Assembly (NCBI RefSeq): GCF_049676595.1
Contig: NZ_CP187259.1
Coordinates: forward strand, 1,376,975 to 1,400,974
DNA length: 24,000 nucleotides
Source: Methanocella sp. MCL-LM
GTDB taxonomy: Archaea > Halobacteriota > Methanocellia > Methanocellales > Methanocellaceae
Direction: 5' to 3'
Every line of letters begins with the position of its first letter. The first letter of the stretch is position 1. Both the position numbers and the translations under genes were made by a program. The notes below the pieces were generated by a model, which saw only the letters and a program-made list of their open reading frames with translations, did not search any database and was not told the DNA's origin. Shown in pieces: positions 1-9,207 of the stretch.

Positions 1-103
1 TAGGCCAGCTTACTCTATAAAGCTTATCTGCCCCTCGCTAAACCTTGGATAAACTATTCATACGAACAGTCCATTACATGCCGGAGGTAGACAGGCTGGC
101 AGC

Positions 104-868
104 ATGAAGTGGGAACGGCTCGCAATTCTTCTGATCATCATTGTCACGCTGACTGTTTTTCTTGTACCCGCAGTTCACGTGCCCCCGGTGCCGCACGCCA
201 TCACGGTCAACGCACCTGCCGGCGAAACCAGTACTGGTACCCTGGTTGCATACCTGGTCATATCTGGCCTGCTGGCGGGCATCAGTCCGCTTCTTGTCAT
301 GGCTTCCCTGTGCCTCGGAGGGCTGTTGTTCATCTACAACAAGAGCCGGATTCCCAGGTACACCAAGTATTACCTGGTCGGCGTCTTTGCCATGTTTCTC
401 ACCTTCCAGTACGATCTGACTATTCCTGGCGCCATAGAGTCCAGCATCTTCAATTTCAGGATCATGATGCTCATGGCCATCGTGACTATCCTGCTCACCA
501 TCATCGCCCAGGAGTTCTCTCCCGGCTTCGCCAGGCGGGCCGCAAAAAATGAGACGGTAAAGGTTACTTTCTTCATCTTCACGGGGGCGCTGGTTGCCCT
601 GGCTATCCTCATGTACGGCGGCGGCTCTTCGTCGCCGGTGATCGGCTTCGCCGAGCAGTCGAAATACAGTACCATCCTCCTGCTGCTGATCTACAACGTC
701 TTCACAATACTGCCCTCGGTCATCCTGTTCGTCGTGCTCAGCAGCGTCAGGCTGAGCCTCCGCACCCGCCTGGCTAACGACAAAGAGACCCTCATGCTCA
801 TCGGCATCGTCTTCCTGTTCGTCACGCTGCTGGTGCTGGAACTTGTGACACTTCTCACAGGGCAGTAA
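104..868 (+). CDS. Hypothetical multi-pass integral membrane protein
   Basis: 254-aa ORF with about 7 hydrophobic helices (for example LAILLIIIVTLTVFLV, LVAYLVISGLLAGISPLLVMA, IMMLMAIVTILLTIIA, MLIGIVFLFVTLLVLELV). No catalytic motif recognised. Confidence 0.6.
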   Translation: MKWERLAILLIIIVTLTVFLVPAVHVPPVPHAITVNAPAGETSTGTLVAYLVISGLLAGISPLLVMASLCLGGLLFIYNKSRIPRYTKYYLVGVFAMFLTFQYDLTIPGAIESSIFNFRIMMLMAIVTILLTIIAQEFSPGFARRAAKNETVKVTFFIFTGALVALAILMYGGGSSSPVIGFAEQSKYSTILLLLIYNVFTILPSVILFVVLSSVRLSLRTRLANDKETLMLIGIVFLFVTLLVLELVTLLTGQ

Positions 869-919
869 AAGTTGCGCTTGAGCATGCGAGACAGCGCAGC
901 GTTAGTTTGCGTAAGCTTA

Positions 920-1873
920 TTATTGAAAATTAGATAGCGTCAGGTGCCCTTTCTTTAGAGGCACAGCCTCGATGCCCAGCTTGGTCCTGATGTCCTTGGC
1001 CAGCTCTTTGGAGAAGCCGTGGAGGGTGTAGACGATCTCGGGGCTGACTGCTTTCGTGAAGTCCAGCAGCTCCTGGTAGTCGGCGTGGTCGGATAGCGGG
1101 AAGGCCGTATCTGTATGGGCCGCATACATCATGCCCCGGTCCATTGCCCAGCCTGATACTGACGCTGTCCGGGCGCCCGCAATCAGGTATTTTTTCAGCA
1201 CGGGGTCGCGCTTGCCGCCTGCGGGTGCCACAATGATCGACGGCTCGCCCGGTTCTTCGGGCAACATCTCTGCGTCCAGGCGGTACCCGAATTTTTTAAG
1301 TACGGCGTTCACTTTCATGACCGGGCCGGTCGTAAATATCTCGTTTCCTTCCATGGCTGCGATGACTTCCTGGGCCTTGCCGAAGGTGTACGCGTAAAAG
1401 ATCGTATGCTTGCCGCAGGCGGCGTTGTCTTCGGCCCAGTCTTTCATCGCCTTGACGGTTTCGTGGTACGGCGGGAAGACGTATTTTTCCTTGCCGAAGG
1501 TCGATTCTATGATGAGGACGTCGGCTTTGACCGGCTTAGCTCCGGGGGAGAAATATTTTTCCCTCGTGCAAAGATCGCCGGTATACAGAACTTTCTTGTC
1601 TCCGTTGATCAGGAACATGCTCGCGCCGGGCACGTGGCCGGAGTCCAGCAAATCGACGTGCTCGCAGGTGGTCCGCTCCACTTTTACGCCTGCCCTGCTC
1701 TCTACGATCGCGTGGGTGATCTCCGATGTCACTATCGCCTGGCTCAGCGAAGACGGCACGTGGTCGAAGTGGCCGTGCGACACGAGGTTGACGCAGTTCC
1801 TCGCACATCTCTTGGGGTCGCACCGGTACTCCCGGCCGGAGAAAACGGATACGCCATTGTCCAGGTAGATCAT
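920..1873 (-). CDS. Metallo-beta-lactamase fold, beta-CASP-type nuclease (short archaeal 'mRNA 3-prime-end processing factor'-like protein)
   Basis: HGHFDH (HxHxDH) motif near the N-terminus, LYTGD, and a C-terminal SDHADYQELLDF motif typical of beta-CASP members. 317 aa. Confidence 0.8.
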   Translation of the reverse strand: MIYLDNGVSVFSGREYRCDPKRCARNCVNLVSHGHFDHVPSSLSQAIVTSEITHAIVESRAGVKVERTTCEHVDLLDSGHVPGASMFLINGDKKVLYTGDLCTREKYFSPGAKPVKADVLIIESTFGKEKYVFPPYHETVKAMKDWAEDNAACGKHTIFYAYTFGKAQEVIAAMEGNEIFTTGPVMKVNAVLKKFGYRLDAEMLPEEPGEPSIIVAPAGGKRDPVLKKYLIAGARTASVSGWAMDRGMMYAAHTDTAFPLSDHADYQELLDFTKAVSPEIVYTLHGFSKELAKDIRTKLGIEAVPLKKGHLTLSNFQ

Positions 1874-2134
1874 CGGATTTCCCTCTGCGGGGCAGGTTAA
1901 AATAGTTGCCTATAAGCAACTTAACAAAGTTGCCGATGATACCCTGTATAAAGGGTTTTCCGTAAAGGGGTGCTTTACCATACATATATAATACTAACCG
2001 CCCATTACGCCCTGATTCTGCGCATTTAAAAGCTATTTAACGGCCTGTTAGGCAAAAGATATAAATACAGGGGTTTTTAAGTAACATATATCGTTAAATC
2101 CGGTATTTTTTATACTGCGAGGAGGTGGATACAG

Positions 2135-2344
2135 ATGAAAGAACTACCCGTCGCATCCGTCGACAGGATCATCCGGAACGCCGGCGCCGACAGGGTCAGC
2201 GAGGACGCGAAGGAAGCACTTGCAGCTATACTCGAGGAGTACGGCACCAAGGTTTCCGCAGAAGCGATCAAGCTCTGCAAGCACGCGGGCCGCAAGACCG
2301 TGAAGGAAGAGGACATCCGGCTGGCTTCTCAGCGGATTCACTAA
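2135..2344 (+). CDS. Archaeal histone (HMf family, histone fold)
   Basis: 69 aa. LPVASVDRIIRNAGADRVSEDA...KHAGRKTVKEEDIRLA matches the archaeal histone fold pattern. GGAGGTG Shine-Dalgarno at 2121-2127, 7 nt before the ATG. Confidence 0.92.
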   Translation: MKELPVASVDRIIRNAGADRVSEDAKEALAAILEEYGTKVSAEAIKLCKHAGRKTVKEEDIRLASQRIH

Positions 2345-2420
2345 AAGAAATGAGCAGAGGAGGGCCACTAGAGGCCTGACTCTGTACCTTTTATCATTTT
2401 TACAAAAAACTTTAGAAATA

Positions 2421-3455
2421 TTATCCCTTGAAACTATGCTTCACCCGGTACTGCCCGACAGCTCTCTTCTCCACACTATCCGCCAGCGTGAGGCGGATAT
2501 CGGTCTCCTGGGACGTGGTGACGGAAAAGCTGTATTGCTTCGACAGATATGCTGCTGATCCACCATCTCTGGCTATGCCTGTGAGCTGCCGGTGCTTTTC
2601 CAGCCGCTCTGCAACCACTGTCTCTGTCAGTTTCTTCACCCCGGCCACCCTCTCGTCGATGATCGGCTCCAGGGTTCTGTCCAGCTCGTACCCCGCCGAG
2701 TTCCTGGCCGACGCCATTGCTGCCAGCAGGGTCGTCCCGGTGCCTGCAAAGGGGTCCAGCACTGTGTCGCCCTGTACCGAATACATCTGGATGAGGCGGT
2801 AAGGAAGCTCGAACGGGTATGCAGCCGATCTGTTTCTGCTATTGCCCTTCAGCTGCTGCGGCACTCCTTTCAGGCCAGACCAGACGTCGGAAAACCAGGC
2901 GTTGCGCTCTTCCCGGAAATATGCGCTCTGCCGCCTTGCTGCGGTGCCTTCGCCGAACTGCCTGTTTCCGCCCTTGCGGAAGATCAGCACGTACTCGTGC
3001 TCCAGCGTCACGTAAGCGTTCGGCGGCAGCATGCCCGAGCCCATAAATTTATTAGGCTTGTTAGAAGTTTTCCGCCAGATGATCATGGGCAGGACATCGT
3101 ACCCGGCCTTTACGAAAAAGCTGGTAATCCTGACGTGATTGGGATAAAGCCTGAAGGCCTCGCCCACCTTACGAGTTGCGTCGCCTATGTTGATGCAGAC
3201 GATGCCGGAAGGTGCCAGCACCCGGTCCGTCTCCTGCCAGACCTTGTCCAGGGCCCGGTGCATCAGCTCGTAAGCACTCTTTCCGTCGCCGGCTTCCAGC
3301 GCCCTTCTTATTCCTGAGCTGGACGCGCCGAACTGGGCGTCCCACATCTCGATCATGGGATACGGGGGCGAGGTGACCACAAGGTTGACCGATTCGGACG
3401 CCAGCTCCTTCATGTTCCGGGCATTGCCGAAGTAGATCGAATGAGTCGTAATCAT
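2421..3455 (-). CDS. DNA methyltransferase, N4/N6 beta-class (SPPY type, likely N4-cytosine)
   Basis: The catalytic motif IV TSPPYP lies near the N-terminus and the AdoMet motif I LDPFAGTGTT near the C-terminus, which is the beta-class order. Starts 14 nt downstream of the panE-like stop on the same strand. Confidence 0.85.
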   Translation of the reverse strand: MITTHSIYFGNARNMKELASESVNLVVTSPPYPMIEMWDAQFGASSSGIRRALEAGDGKSAYELMHRALDKVWQETDRVLAPSGIVCINIGDATRKVGEAFRLYPNHVRITSFFVKAGYDVLPMIIWRKTSNKPNKFMGSGMLPPNAYVTLEHEYVLIFRKGGNRQFGEGTAARRQSAYFREERNAWFSDVWSGLKGVPQQLKGNSRNRSAAYPFELPYRLIQMYSVQGDTVLDPFAGTGTTLLAAMASARNSAGYELDRTLEPIIDERVAGVKKLTETVVAERLEKHRQLTGIARDGGSAAYLSKQYSFSVTTSQETDIRLTLADSVEKRAVGQYRVKHSFKG

Positions 3456-3469
3456 AGGAGGCTCCGGTA

Positions 3470-4360
3470 CTATTTTTTCCTGTGTTCCATTCCCCGGATA
3501 AGCGCCGCCAGGGTATCGTTGACCGGGGTCGGTACCCCCAGTGCTCGCCCGATTTCACACACCTTTCCGTTCAGCACGTCGATCTCTGTGCGCTTTGCCT
3601 TCGATAAGTCCTGCAGCATTGACGACCTGTTGCCTGCCGTGTCCCGGATGACCTGGCAGGTCAGCTCTACCGGGTTCACGCTTGTCCTGATACCTGCAGC
3701 CCTGGCCACGTTTGCAGCCTCCGTGACCGCTGCAGTAACCAGCACCTTAAGCTCCGGGACTTCCAGCAGCACGCCATTATTCACCCCGGTAATGGCGGTG
3801 ATCGCGTTGATTCCGACGTTGGCGAACAGCTTCTCCCATTGGGCAGCCCTGATGTCGTCGGCAATCCTGGCTTTCAGGCCCGCTTTCTCCAGGGCCAGGA
3901 GCGCCAGGTCCAGCCGGTCTTCAGCGCCCGGATCTGTAGAGCCCAGCACCGTCTCGGTGTACCCTGCCACTTTTACCTTTCCCGGCTCCAGAAAGACCAC
4001 GCCGCTATACGAGACTCCTGCCGCCACCCTGCAGCTTCCGATAACGGCTCCGGCAGCTTCATCGCTTCCCAGCCCGTTGCTGATCACGACGACCAGCGTG
4101 CCGGGATTAACGGCGAGCCCTTCTACTGCCGTCATTACGTCGTAGGACTTGACGGTGATGAATACCAGGTCCGATGGTACCGGCCTGTCAGAAATGTGGG
4201 GCTTTGCAGCGGCCTGAATTGCCCCTGTGACTGAGACGCCTTTTTCAAGCTCTTCTCTGTCGTGGGGGCGGCACACCAGAGTGACATCCTGCCCTGATGC
4301 GGCCAGCATGGCGGCATAAAACGTGCCGAGAGCGCCGGCGCCGATGACGCTGATCTTCAT
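3470..4360 (-). CDS. panE: 2-dehydropantoate 2-reductase (ketopantoate reductase, ApbA/PanE family)
   Basis: N-terminal Rossmann motif VIGAGALGTFYA. C-terminal SSMLQDLSKAKRTEIDVLNG resembles the conserved PanE SMLQD...TEID..NG block. 296 aa. Confidence 0.8.
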   Translation of the reverse strand: MKISVIGAGALGTFYAAMLAASGQDVTLVCRPHDREELEKGVSVTGAIQAAAKPHISDRPVPSDLVFITVKSYDVMTAVEGLAVNPGTLVVVISNGLGSDEAAGAVIGSCRVAAGVSYSGVVFLEPGKVKVAGYTETVLGSTDPGAEDRLDLALLALEKAGLKARIADDIRAAQWEKLFANVGINAITAITGVNNGVLLEVPELKVLVTAAVTEAANVARAAGIRTSVNPVELTCQVIRDTAGNRSSMLQDLSKAKRTEIDVLNGKVCEIGRALGVPTPVNDTLAALIRGMEHRKK

Positions 4361-4417
4361 AATACGTATTTAGCGCGCAGCGATATATCTGTGTTTCCCG
4401 CTTACTGTTTTGCCTTG

Positions 4418-4465
4418 GCGACCGCTTAGCCTCTGGCTTCAGCGACCGCTTAGCCTCTGGCTTCA
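4418..4465. repeat. Perfect tandem duplication of a 24-bp unit (gcgaccgcttagcctctggcttca x2)
   Basis: Units at 4418-4441 and 4442-4465 are identical. The second copy contains the stop codon (4450-4452) and last codons of the 4450..4827 ORF. The first copy repeats them just downstream. Confidence 0.9.
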
Positions 4466-4827
4466 GCGGCTTCGTCGCCAAGCTTGAAGAGTTCCCTGAA
4501 CTTCTCGTTGTTGAGCCTGAGGCGAATCCGGGGGCGGCCGTACTGGGCCCTCACGTTTTCCTCGTAGATGACGCCCAGGTTCTCCAGAAAGTCCTTCCTG
4601 CGGGAAAAGGTGGCCTTGGAGGCAAGCCTCGTATGCTCTCCCCACGCCACGACGTCGAAGAACAGCTCTTCGTTGATGGCTGCGGCGAGCAGTAAAATGG
4701 CTACCATATCTATAGTGTTGGGCTTCAACATCGTGTACTTGTGATCAGATAACAGCTTGCTCAGCTTGATGAAATCTTGAATTGTGTTATGGCCGAGGAT
4801 TTCTGGCTCGTGTTCGGCAGGATGCAT
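4450..4827 (-). CDS. Hypothetical protein, possible winged-helix DNA-binding protein
   Basis: 125-aa ORF with an AT-rich upstream region and a TATA-like element. SKATFSRRKDFLENLGVI...GRPRIRLRL looks like a recognition helix plus wing. No family recognised with certainty. Confidence 0.5.
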   Translation of the reverse strand: MHPAEHEPEILGHNTIQDFIKLSKLLSDHKYTMLKPNTIDMVAILLLAAAINEELFFDVVAWGEHTRLASKATFSRRKDFLENLGVIYEENVRAQYGRPRIRLRLNNEKFRELFKLGDEAAEARG

Positions 4828-4909
4828 GTCTTACCTTATTTTACTATTGATATAATTATCTTTTGCTTATTAATGAATTAATAACCAACCGCCTATGTGT
4901 ATGCCGATC

Positions 4910-6175
4910 TTACTGGCATGCACCTTTCTGCGTGCGCTCCGACAGCCGGTTCAGCACGCTCTCCCGGGCGTCGACCGAGACCCGGATACACGGCCCTTTC
5001 GGGCCAGTGTTGTACTGCACATCCCTGACGATGGCCTCCTCGTACAGCTGCGACAACATCGATAAACCTTCCTCTGTGTGGGGCAGGGTAAGCTCTGCAG
5101 ATATCCACTTCGGCAGGAAAAATTCGACCGTGGCCCGCAGTTCCTCTAACCCCTCCCCTGTTTTGGCCGACACGACCACCGGGTGAGGGGCCAGGTTCTT
5201 AATAGCTCCCTCCGTCAGCTCTAGCGTCGGGAGATCGATTTTGTCGCTCTTGTTCAGCGCGGTGATCACCGGTATCGGGCCGATCTTGCCCCAGAGCGTA
5301 TCGTGGCACGTGGCCAGTTTGTCGAGCACCACTTCCGGAGGCTCGCTGGCATCTACGACCAGAATGATCAGGTCTGCCTGGTAAATCTCCTCCAGTGTAG
5401 AGCGAAAGGCTTCTACCATGAAGTGGGGCAGGTCCTTGATGAAGCCCACCGTATCCGTCAGCAGCACTTTGCGGCGGCCCGCTTCCATTATCCGGGTCGT
5501 CGGTACCAGCGTGGTGAACAGCTGATCTTTGGCCACGACAGTCTCACCGACAAGGGCATTCATGAGCGTACTTTTACCCGCGTTGGTATAGCCGGCGAGC
5601 GCGACCATGTCAAAGCCCCGCTCTTTTCGCTTGACCCTCGTCTGATCCTGCCTTTTCCGGATGGTTTCCAGCTCTTCCTTGATCCTGGCGATCCTGCCTG
5701 TAATCTCGCTCTCGTAGATGTCTGCCTGGTACTGGCCCAGGCCTCCGAAACCCGGCTGCTCGCCCCGCCGGGCCAGCTTGACTTTCATCCGGGCCCGGGG
5801 GCGCTCGTAGATCAGGTTCGCCAGCTCGACCTGCAGCTTGGCCTCCCTCGTGCGGGCGCGCTTGTCAAAAATTTCCAGAATCAGGTTAAAGCGATCGATG
5901 ACTTCCACCCGGAACAGCTTAGCCAGGTTATACGCCTGGACCGCGTTCAGCGTCTCGTCGAAGATCACCTTATCGGGCCGCTGCGCGGCCAAGAGTTCGG
6001 AGACTTCCTCCGCCTTCCCCCTGCCGATACAGTAGGCCTTATCCGGCAGAGGCCGGACCTGGGTAATCTTGTCCAGCACCTCGTAGCCTGCCGACTTAGC
6101 CAGCTCTTCCAGCTCGTCCAGAGTCTCGTCTCTGTGCTGCGGATCAATTCTCTTTATCAAAATAGCGCCGGGCAT
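4910..6175 (-). CDS. hflX: GTPase HflX
   Basis: HflX-type N-terminal domain followed by a G domain: P-loop GYTNAGKSTL, DTVGF, NKSD. Confidence 0.92.
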   Translation of the reverse strand: MPGAILIKRIDPQHRDETLDELEELAKSAGYEVLDKITQVRPLPDKAYCIGRGKAEEVSELLAAQRPDKVIFDETLNAVQAYNLAKLFRVEVIDRFNLILEIFDKRARTREAKLQVELANLIYERPRARMKVKLARRGEQPGFGGLGQYQADIYESEITGRIARIKEELETIRKRQDQTRVKRKERGFDMVALAGYTNAGKSTLMNALVGETVVAKDQLFTTLVPTTRIMEAGRRKVLLTDTVGFIKDLPHFMVEAFRSTLEEIYQADLIILVVDASEPPEVVLDKLATCHDTLWGKIGPIPVITALNKSDKIDLPTLELTEGAIKNLAPHPVVVSAKTGEGLEELRATVEFFLPKWISAELTLPHTEEGLSMLSQLYEEAIVRDVQYNTGPKGPCIRVSVDARESVLNRLSERTQKGACQ

Positions 6176-6248
6176 GGTCCACCTGAGGCCGGATCAATCC
6201 GGCTCGGCGGAGAATATGTTTTCCAGCTATTTGAAGCTTCCACTTTCT

Positions 6249-6773
6249 TTAGAAAGGCGGCGAGCTGGCCCGGGGTATGAATTTTTCCCAGTACACCAGG
6301 TCGGCCAGCTCCTTTCTGGGGCGGGCGTCAGGCGTCTCATCCGGGTATCCCAGCGTCATGCAGGCGACGATCTTATCGTCCTGCGGTATGTGAAGGACGG
6401 ATTTCATGTAGTCCTCGTCGAAGTACCCGATCCAGCACGAGCCGATGCCTGCTTCCCAGGCTGCGAGCGAGATATTCTCCAGCGCGATAGCGGCGTCTAC
6501 CTGGTACCATTTATCTTTGGGGCTGCTAAAACATGCGATGAACGCGGCGCAGCCGGCCACGTGTTCCATATTGCTGCAGGCCTTGGACGCCAGCCTCTTC
6601 TGCTCCCGTTCCCGGACTACGACCAGCGCCCACGGCTGCCGGTTCGAGGCTGACGGCGCCAGCCTTGCCGCCTCCAGTATCTGCCGCAGCAGATCGTCGG
6701 GAATCGGCCGGTCCTTGTACTTCCTGATGCTCCTCCGGGTTTCGATCGCCTTGAAAACTTCCATACGATTCAT
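6249..6773 (-). CDS. Nitroreductase family protein
   Basis: N-terminal RRSIRKYKDRPIP and LEAARLAPSASNRQPW signatures of the FMN nitroreductase fold. 174 aa. Confidence 0.85.
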   Translation of the reverse strand: MNRMEVFKAIETRRSIRKYKDRPIPDDLLRQILEAARLAPSASNRQPWALVVVREREQKRLASKACSNMEHVAGCAAFIACFSSPKDKWYQVDAAIALENISLAAWEAGIGSCWIGYFDEDYMKSVLHIPQDDKIVACMTLGYPDETPDARPRKELADLVYWEKFIPRASSPPF

Positions 6774-6790
6774 TTAATATTTTAGTTATA

Positions 6791-6845
6791 AATATAAAAA
6801 AGTGTGCACCGGGGCTGCAGGGATTCGATGGTACTCGAGCCCCGG
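6791..6845 (-). terminator. Hairpin plus oligo-T terminator candidate after the ATPase gene; overlaps the TATA-like promoter of the nitroreductase gene
   Basis: 8-bp stem ccggggct (6809-6816) / agccccgg (6838-6845). On the minus strand this is followed by a TTTTTT run within TTTTTTATATTTATA (6791-6800 region). Confidence 0.4.
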
Positions 6846-6857
6846 GCAATCTCGCCT

Positions 6858-9203
6858 TTACCGGAGCAGTCTCATCCCGTTGAGGATGACGATGATGGCG
6901 GCGCCGGTGTCCGCGAACACGGCCATCCACAGGTTGGAGAAGCCCGCCACGGTCAGCCCGATGAAGACAAGCTTGACCACCAGCGAGAAGGTCACGTTTT
7001 GCTTGATGACGCCCATCATCCTGCGGCCGAGCACCACGAGGAACGACAGCTTCGAGAGATCGTTGGACATCAGGGCGATGTCGGCGGTCTCGATGGCGGT
7101 GTCTGAGCCGGTGGCGCCCATCGCTATGCCGATGGAAGCCTCTGCAAGGGCGGGGGCATCGTTGACGCCGTCGCCGACCATGGCCACGTGCCCGTACTTT
7201 TGCTTGAGCCTCGTGATCTGGCCTACTTTGTCTTCGGGCAGCAACCCTGCATAGTATTCGTCCACCCCCGTCTGGCGGGCGATGGCGCTGGCTGCCTGCT
7301 CACCGTCTCCGGTGAGCATGACGAGGTGCTGGATTTTGGCGCTGTGCAGGGCATTAAGGGCTGCGGCACTTTCGCCTCTGACCCGGTCCATGATGGCGAA
7401 GACTGCTATGATGCCCTGCGGCCCGCCCAGGATGATCGGGGTCTTGCCCGCAGCCTCGAAGGCGGCGATAGTTTTCTGCACGTCTTCGCCGAGGCTGCCG
7501 TTGAACATTCGGGCACTGCCGATGCTGTATTTTACTCCGTTGACAGTCGCACGCACGCCGGCTCCGGGGACGGCCTCGAAGGTCTCCGCTTTTAACACGC
7601 TGTTCTTGCCGTTGGCCCGCATGATGGCGGCTGCCAGGGGGTGCTCCGACCGGTCCTCGATGGCGGCGGCGAGGTGAACCGCTTCATCCCTGGTGCAGCT
7701 GTAGGTGACTACGTCGGTGACTTCGGGCCGGCCCTCGGTCAGGGTACCCGTCTTGTCGAAGGCGATCGCGTTGATGCGGCTGCACTCTTCCAGGTATGTG
7801 CCGCCCTTGATGAGGACTCCGTGCCTGGATGCGTTGCCGATAGCGGCTACTATCGATACGGGGGTCGATATGACCAGCGCGCACGGGCAGGCGATGACCA
7901 GCAGGACCAGCGCCCGGTAGAACCAGGTTTCGAAGGGCATTCCAAAGAGCGGAGGAATCGCGGCGATTGCGACGGCGGCGGCGATGACCGCCGGAGTATA
8001 GTACTTCGCAAACCTGTCCACGAACTCTTGCGCCGGGGCTTTTCGGCCCTGCGCTTCCTCGACCAGGTGGATGATATGGGACAGTGTGTTGTCCTCAAAG
8101 GTCTTCGTCACCTCGACCTCAAGCGTACCCCGCTCGTTCATGGTTCCGGCGTAGACTGTACTGCCCTTCGCCTTCTCCACCGGGACTGACTCCCCGGTGA
8201 TAGGCGCCTGGTTGACCGACGAGACGCCGTCGATGACCGTGCCGTCCATAGCGATACGCTCGCCCGGCCTGATCACTAAAACGTCGCCAGGCACGATCGA
8301 CCGCACCGGGACCTTGCGCTCTTCTCCGTTCCGTAAGACTGAAGCTTCGGCCGGCGCGAGGTTGATCAGCGACTTGATCGAGTTTCTCGTCCTGTCTAAA
8401 GTATATGATTGTAGCGCGTAGCCCACCGAGAAGAGAAAGATGACTGCTGCGCCTTCCTCCCACTGGTTGATCAGGATGGCGCCGGCTACCGCGAGCGTCA
8501 TCAGCAGGTTCATGTCCGGGGTGAGTGACTTTAGCGAGTACAGCGCGCTCCTGAAGATGTAGAAACCGCCGGTAATGATGGCGAAGGCAAAGCACAGCGT
8601 CGGCACATACCATGGCAGGCCGAGGAACGATGCAGCCATACCTGTACCGAGGCCTAAGCCCGAAACTGCAGCCGATATGATTCTCCTGTACTTCTTAAAG
8701 AAGCCGTCTTCCTGTCCGCCGTTGCCCTGCAGCCGGTAGGTATAGCCCATGCCCGAGATCGCTTTTCCGATCTCTGCTACCGGGGTAGCATGCTCCACAG
8801 TCAGGGTAGCACTGGAGAAGTTGAGCGCCGCCCTGGCTACTCCGGGCATCTCCGAGACGTACTTTTCCAGCTTGGCAGCGCAGTCGGCACAGTCCAGGCC
8901 TTCGACCTCAAAAGTATGGACTTCGATACCGTCGAGAGCTGCCTCGTACCCGCTCTTCTCGATGACACAGATCAGCTCCTCTATGCCGGTCGTGTGATCT
9001 ACGGTCAGCACTCCGGCGTTGAAGTTCAGGCTCGCTTTCTCGACGCCCGGGACTGCCTCGACTGCCCTGACCAGCTTGGCGGCACAGTCCGTGCAGTCCA
9101 GGCCGCTTACCCTGATCCGGTCGTGGCGCAGGTCTTCTTTCCTGTGCACCTGCTCAGCCATGCAGCAGCTGCATGTTTCGGTCATGGTTTTTAGCTTCTC
9201 CAT
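6858..9203 (-). CDS. Heavy-metal P1B-type ATPase, P1B-2 (Zn/Cd/Pb-type) signature, two N-terminal HMA domains
   Basis: Core motifs: DKTGTLT, TGES, MLTGD, GDGVNDAPAL. TM6 is CPCALVISTP, i.e. CPC(x)4SxP. TM7 is N(x)7K (NVTFSLVVK). TM8 is DxG(x)7N (DTGAAIIVILN). HMA motifs are GLDCTDCAAKL and GLDCADCAAKL. The start is set at the ATG at 9203 (MEKLKTMTETCSCC...), 4 nt after the arsR stop. The track start at 9263 would overlap arsR by 56 nt. Confidence 0.9.
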   Translation of the reverse strand: MEKLKTMTETCSCCMAEQVHRKEDLRHDRIRVSGLDCTDCAAKLVRAVEAVPGVEKASLNFNAGVLTVDHTTGIEELICVIEKSGYEAALDGIEVHTFEVEGLDCADCAAKLEKYVSEMPGVARAALNFSSATLTVEHATPVAEIGKAISGMGYTYRLQGNGGQEDGFFKKYRRIISAAVSGLGLGTGMAASFLGLPWYVPTLCFAFAIITGGFYIFRSALYSLKSLTPDMNLLMTLAVAGAILINQWEEGAAVIFLFSVGYALQSYTLDRTRNSIKSLINLAPAEASVLRNGEERKVPVRSIVPGDVLVIRPGERIAMDGTVIDGVSSVNQAPITGESVPVEKAKGSTVYAGTMNERGTLEVEVTKTFEDNTLSHIIHLVEEAQGRKAPAQEFVDRFAKYYTPAVIAAAVAIAAIPPLFGMPFETWFYRALVLLVIACPCALVISTPVSIVAAIGNASRHGVLIKGGTYLEECSRINAIAFDKTGTLTEGRPEVTDVVTYSCTRDEAVHLAAAIEDRSEHPLAAAIMRANGKNSVLKAETFEAVPGAGVRATVNGVKYSIGSARMFNGSLGEDVQKTIAAFEAAGKTPIILGGPQGIIAVFAIMDRVRGESAAALNALHSAKIQHLVMLTGDGEQAASAIARQTGVDEYYAGLLPEDKVGQITRLKQKYGHVAMVGDGVNDAPALAEASIGIAMGATGSDTAIETADIALMSNDLSKLSFLVVLGRRMMGVIKQNVTFSLVVKLVFIGLTVAGFSNLWMAVFADTGAAIIVILNGMRLLR

Positions 9204-9207
9204 CAAA

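Noticed and set aside
4418-4465. CRISPR array or regulatory repeat array.
   Set aside because: There are only two directly abutting copies without spacers, and they overlap a coding C-terminus. No cas genes are in the window.
5303-6280. 325-aa plus-strand ORF opposite hflX. Similar long antisense ORFs include 1406..1900, 2592..3317, 3441..4145, 6174..6653, 7188..8189, 9019..9753, 10447..11264, 12034..12513, 13273..13839, 14662..15144, 15513..16080, 19243..19596, 20574..20993 and 21950..22678.
   Set aside because: Each lies antisense to, or out of frame within, a CDS with clear family motifs. Their products are Arg/Pro/Gly/His-rich with no motifs, the usual shadow ORFs of moderately GC-rich DNA.
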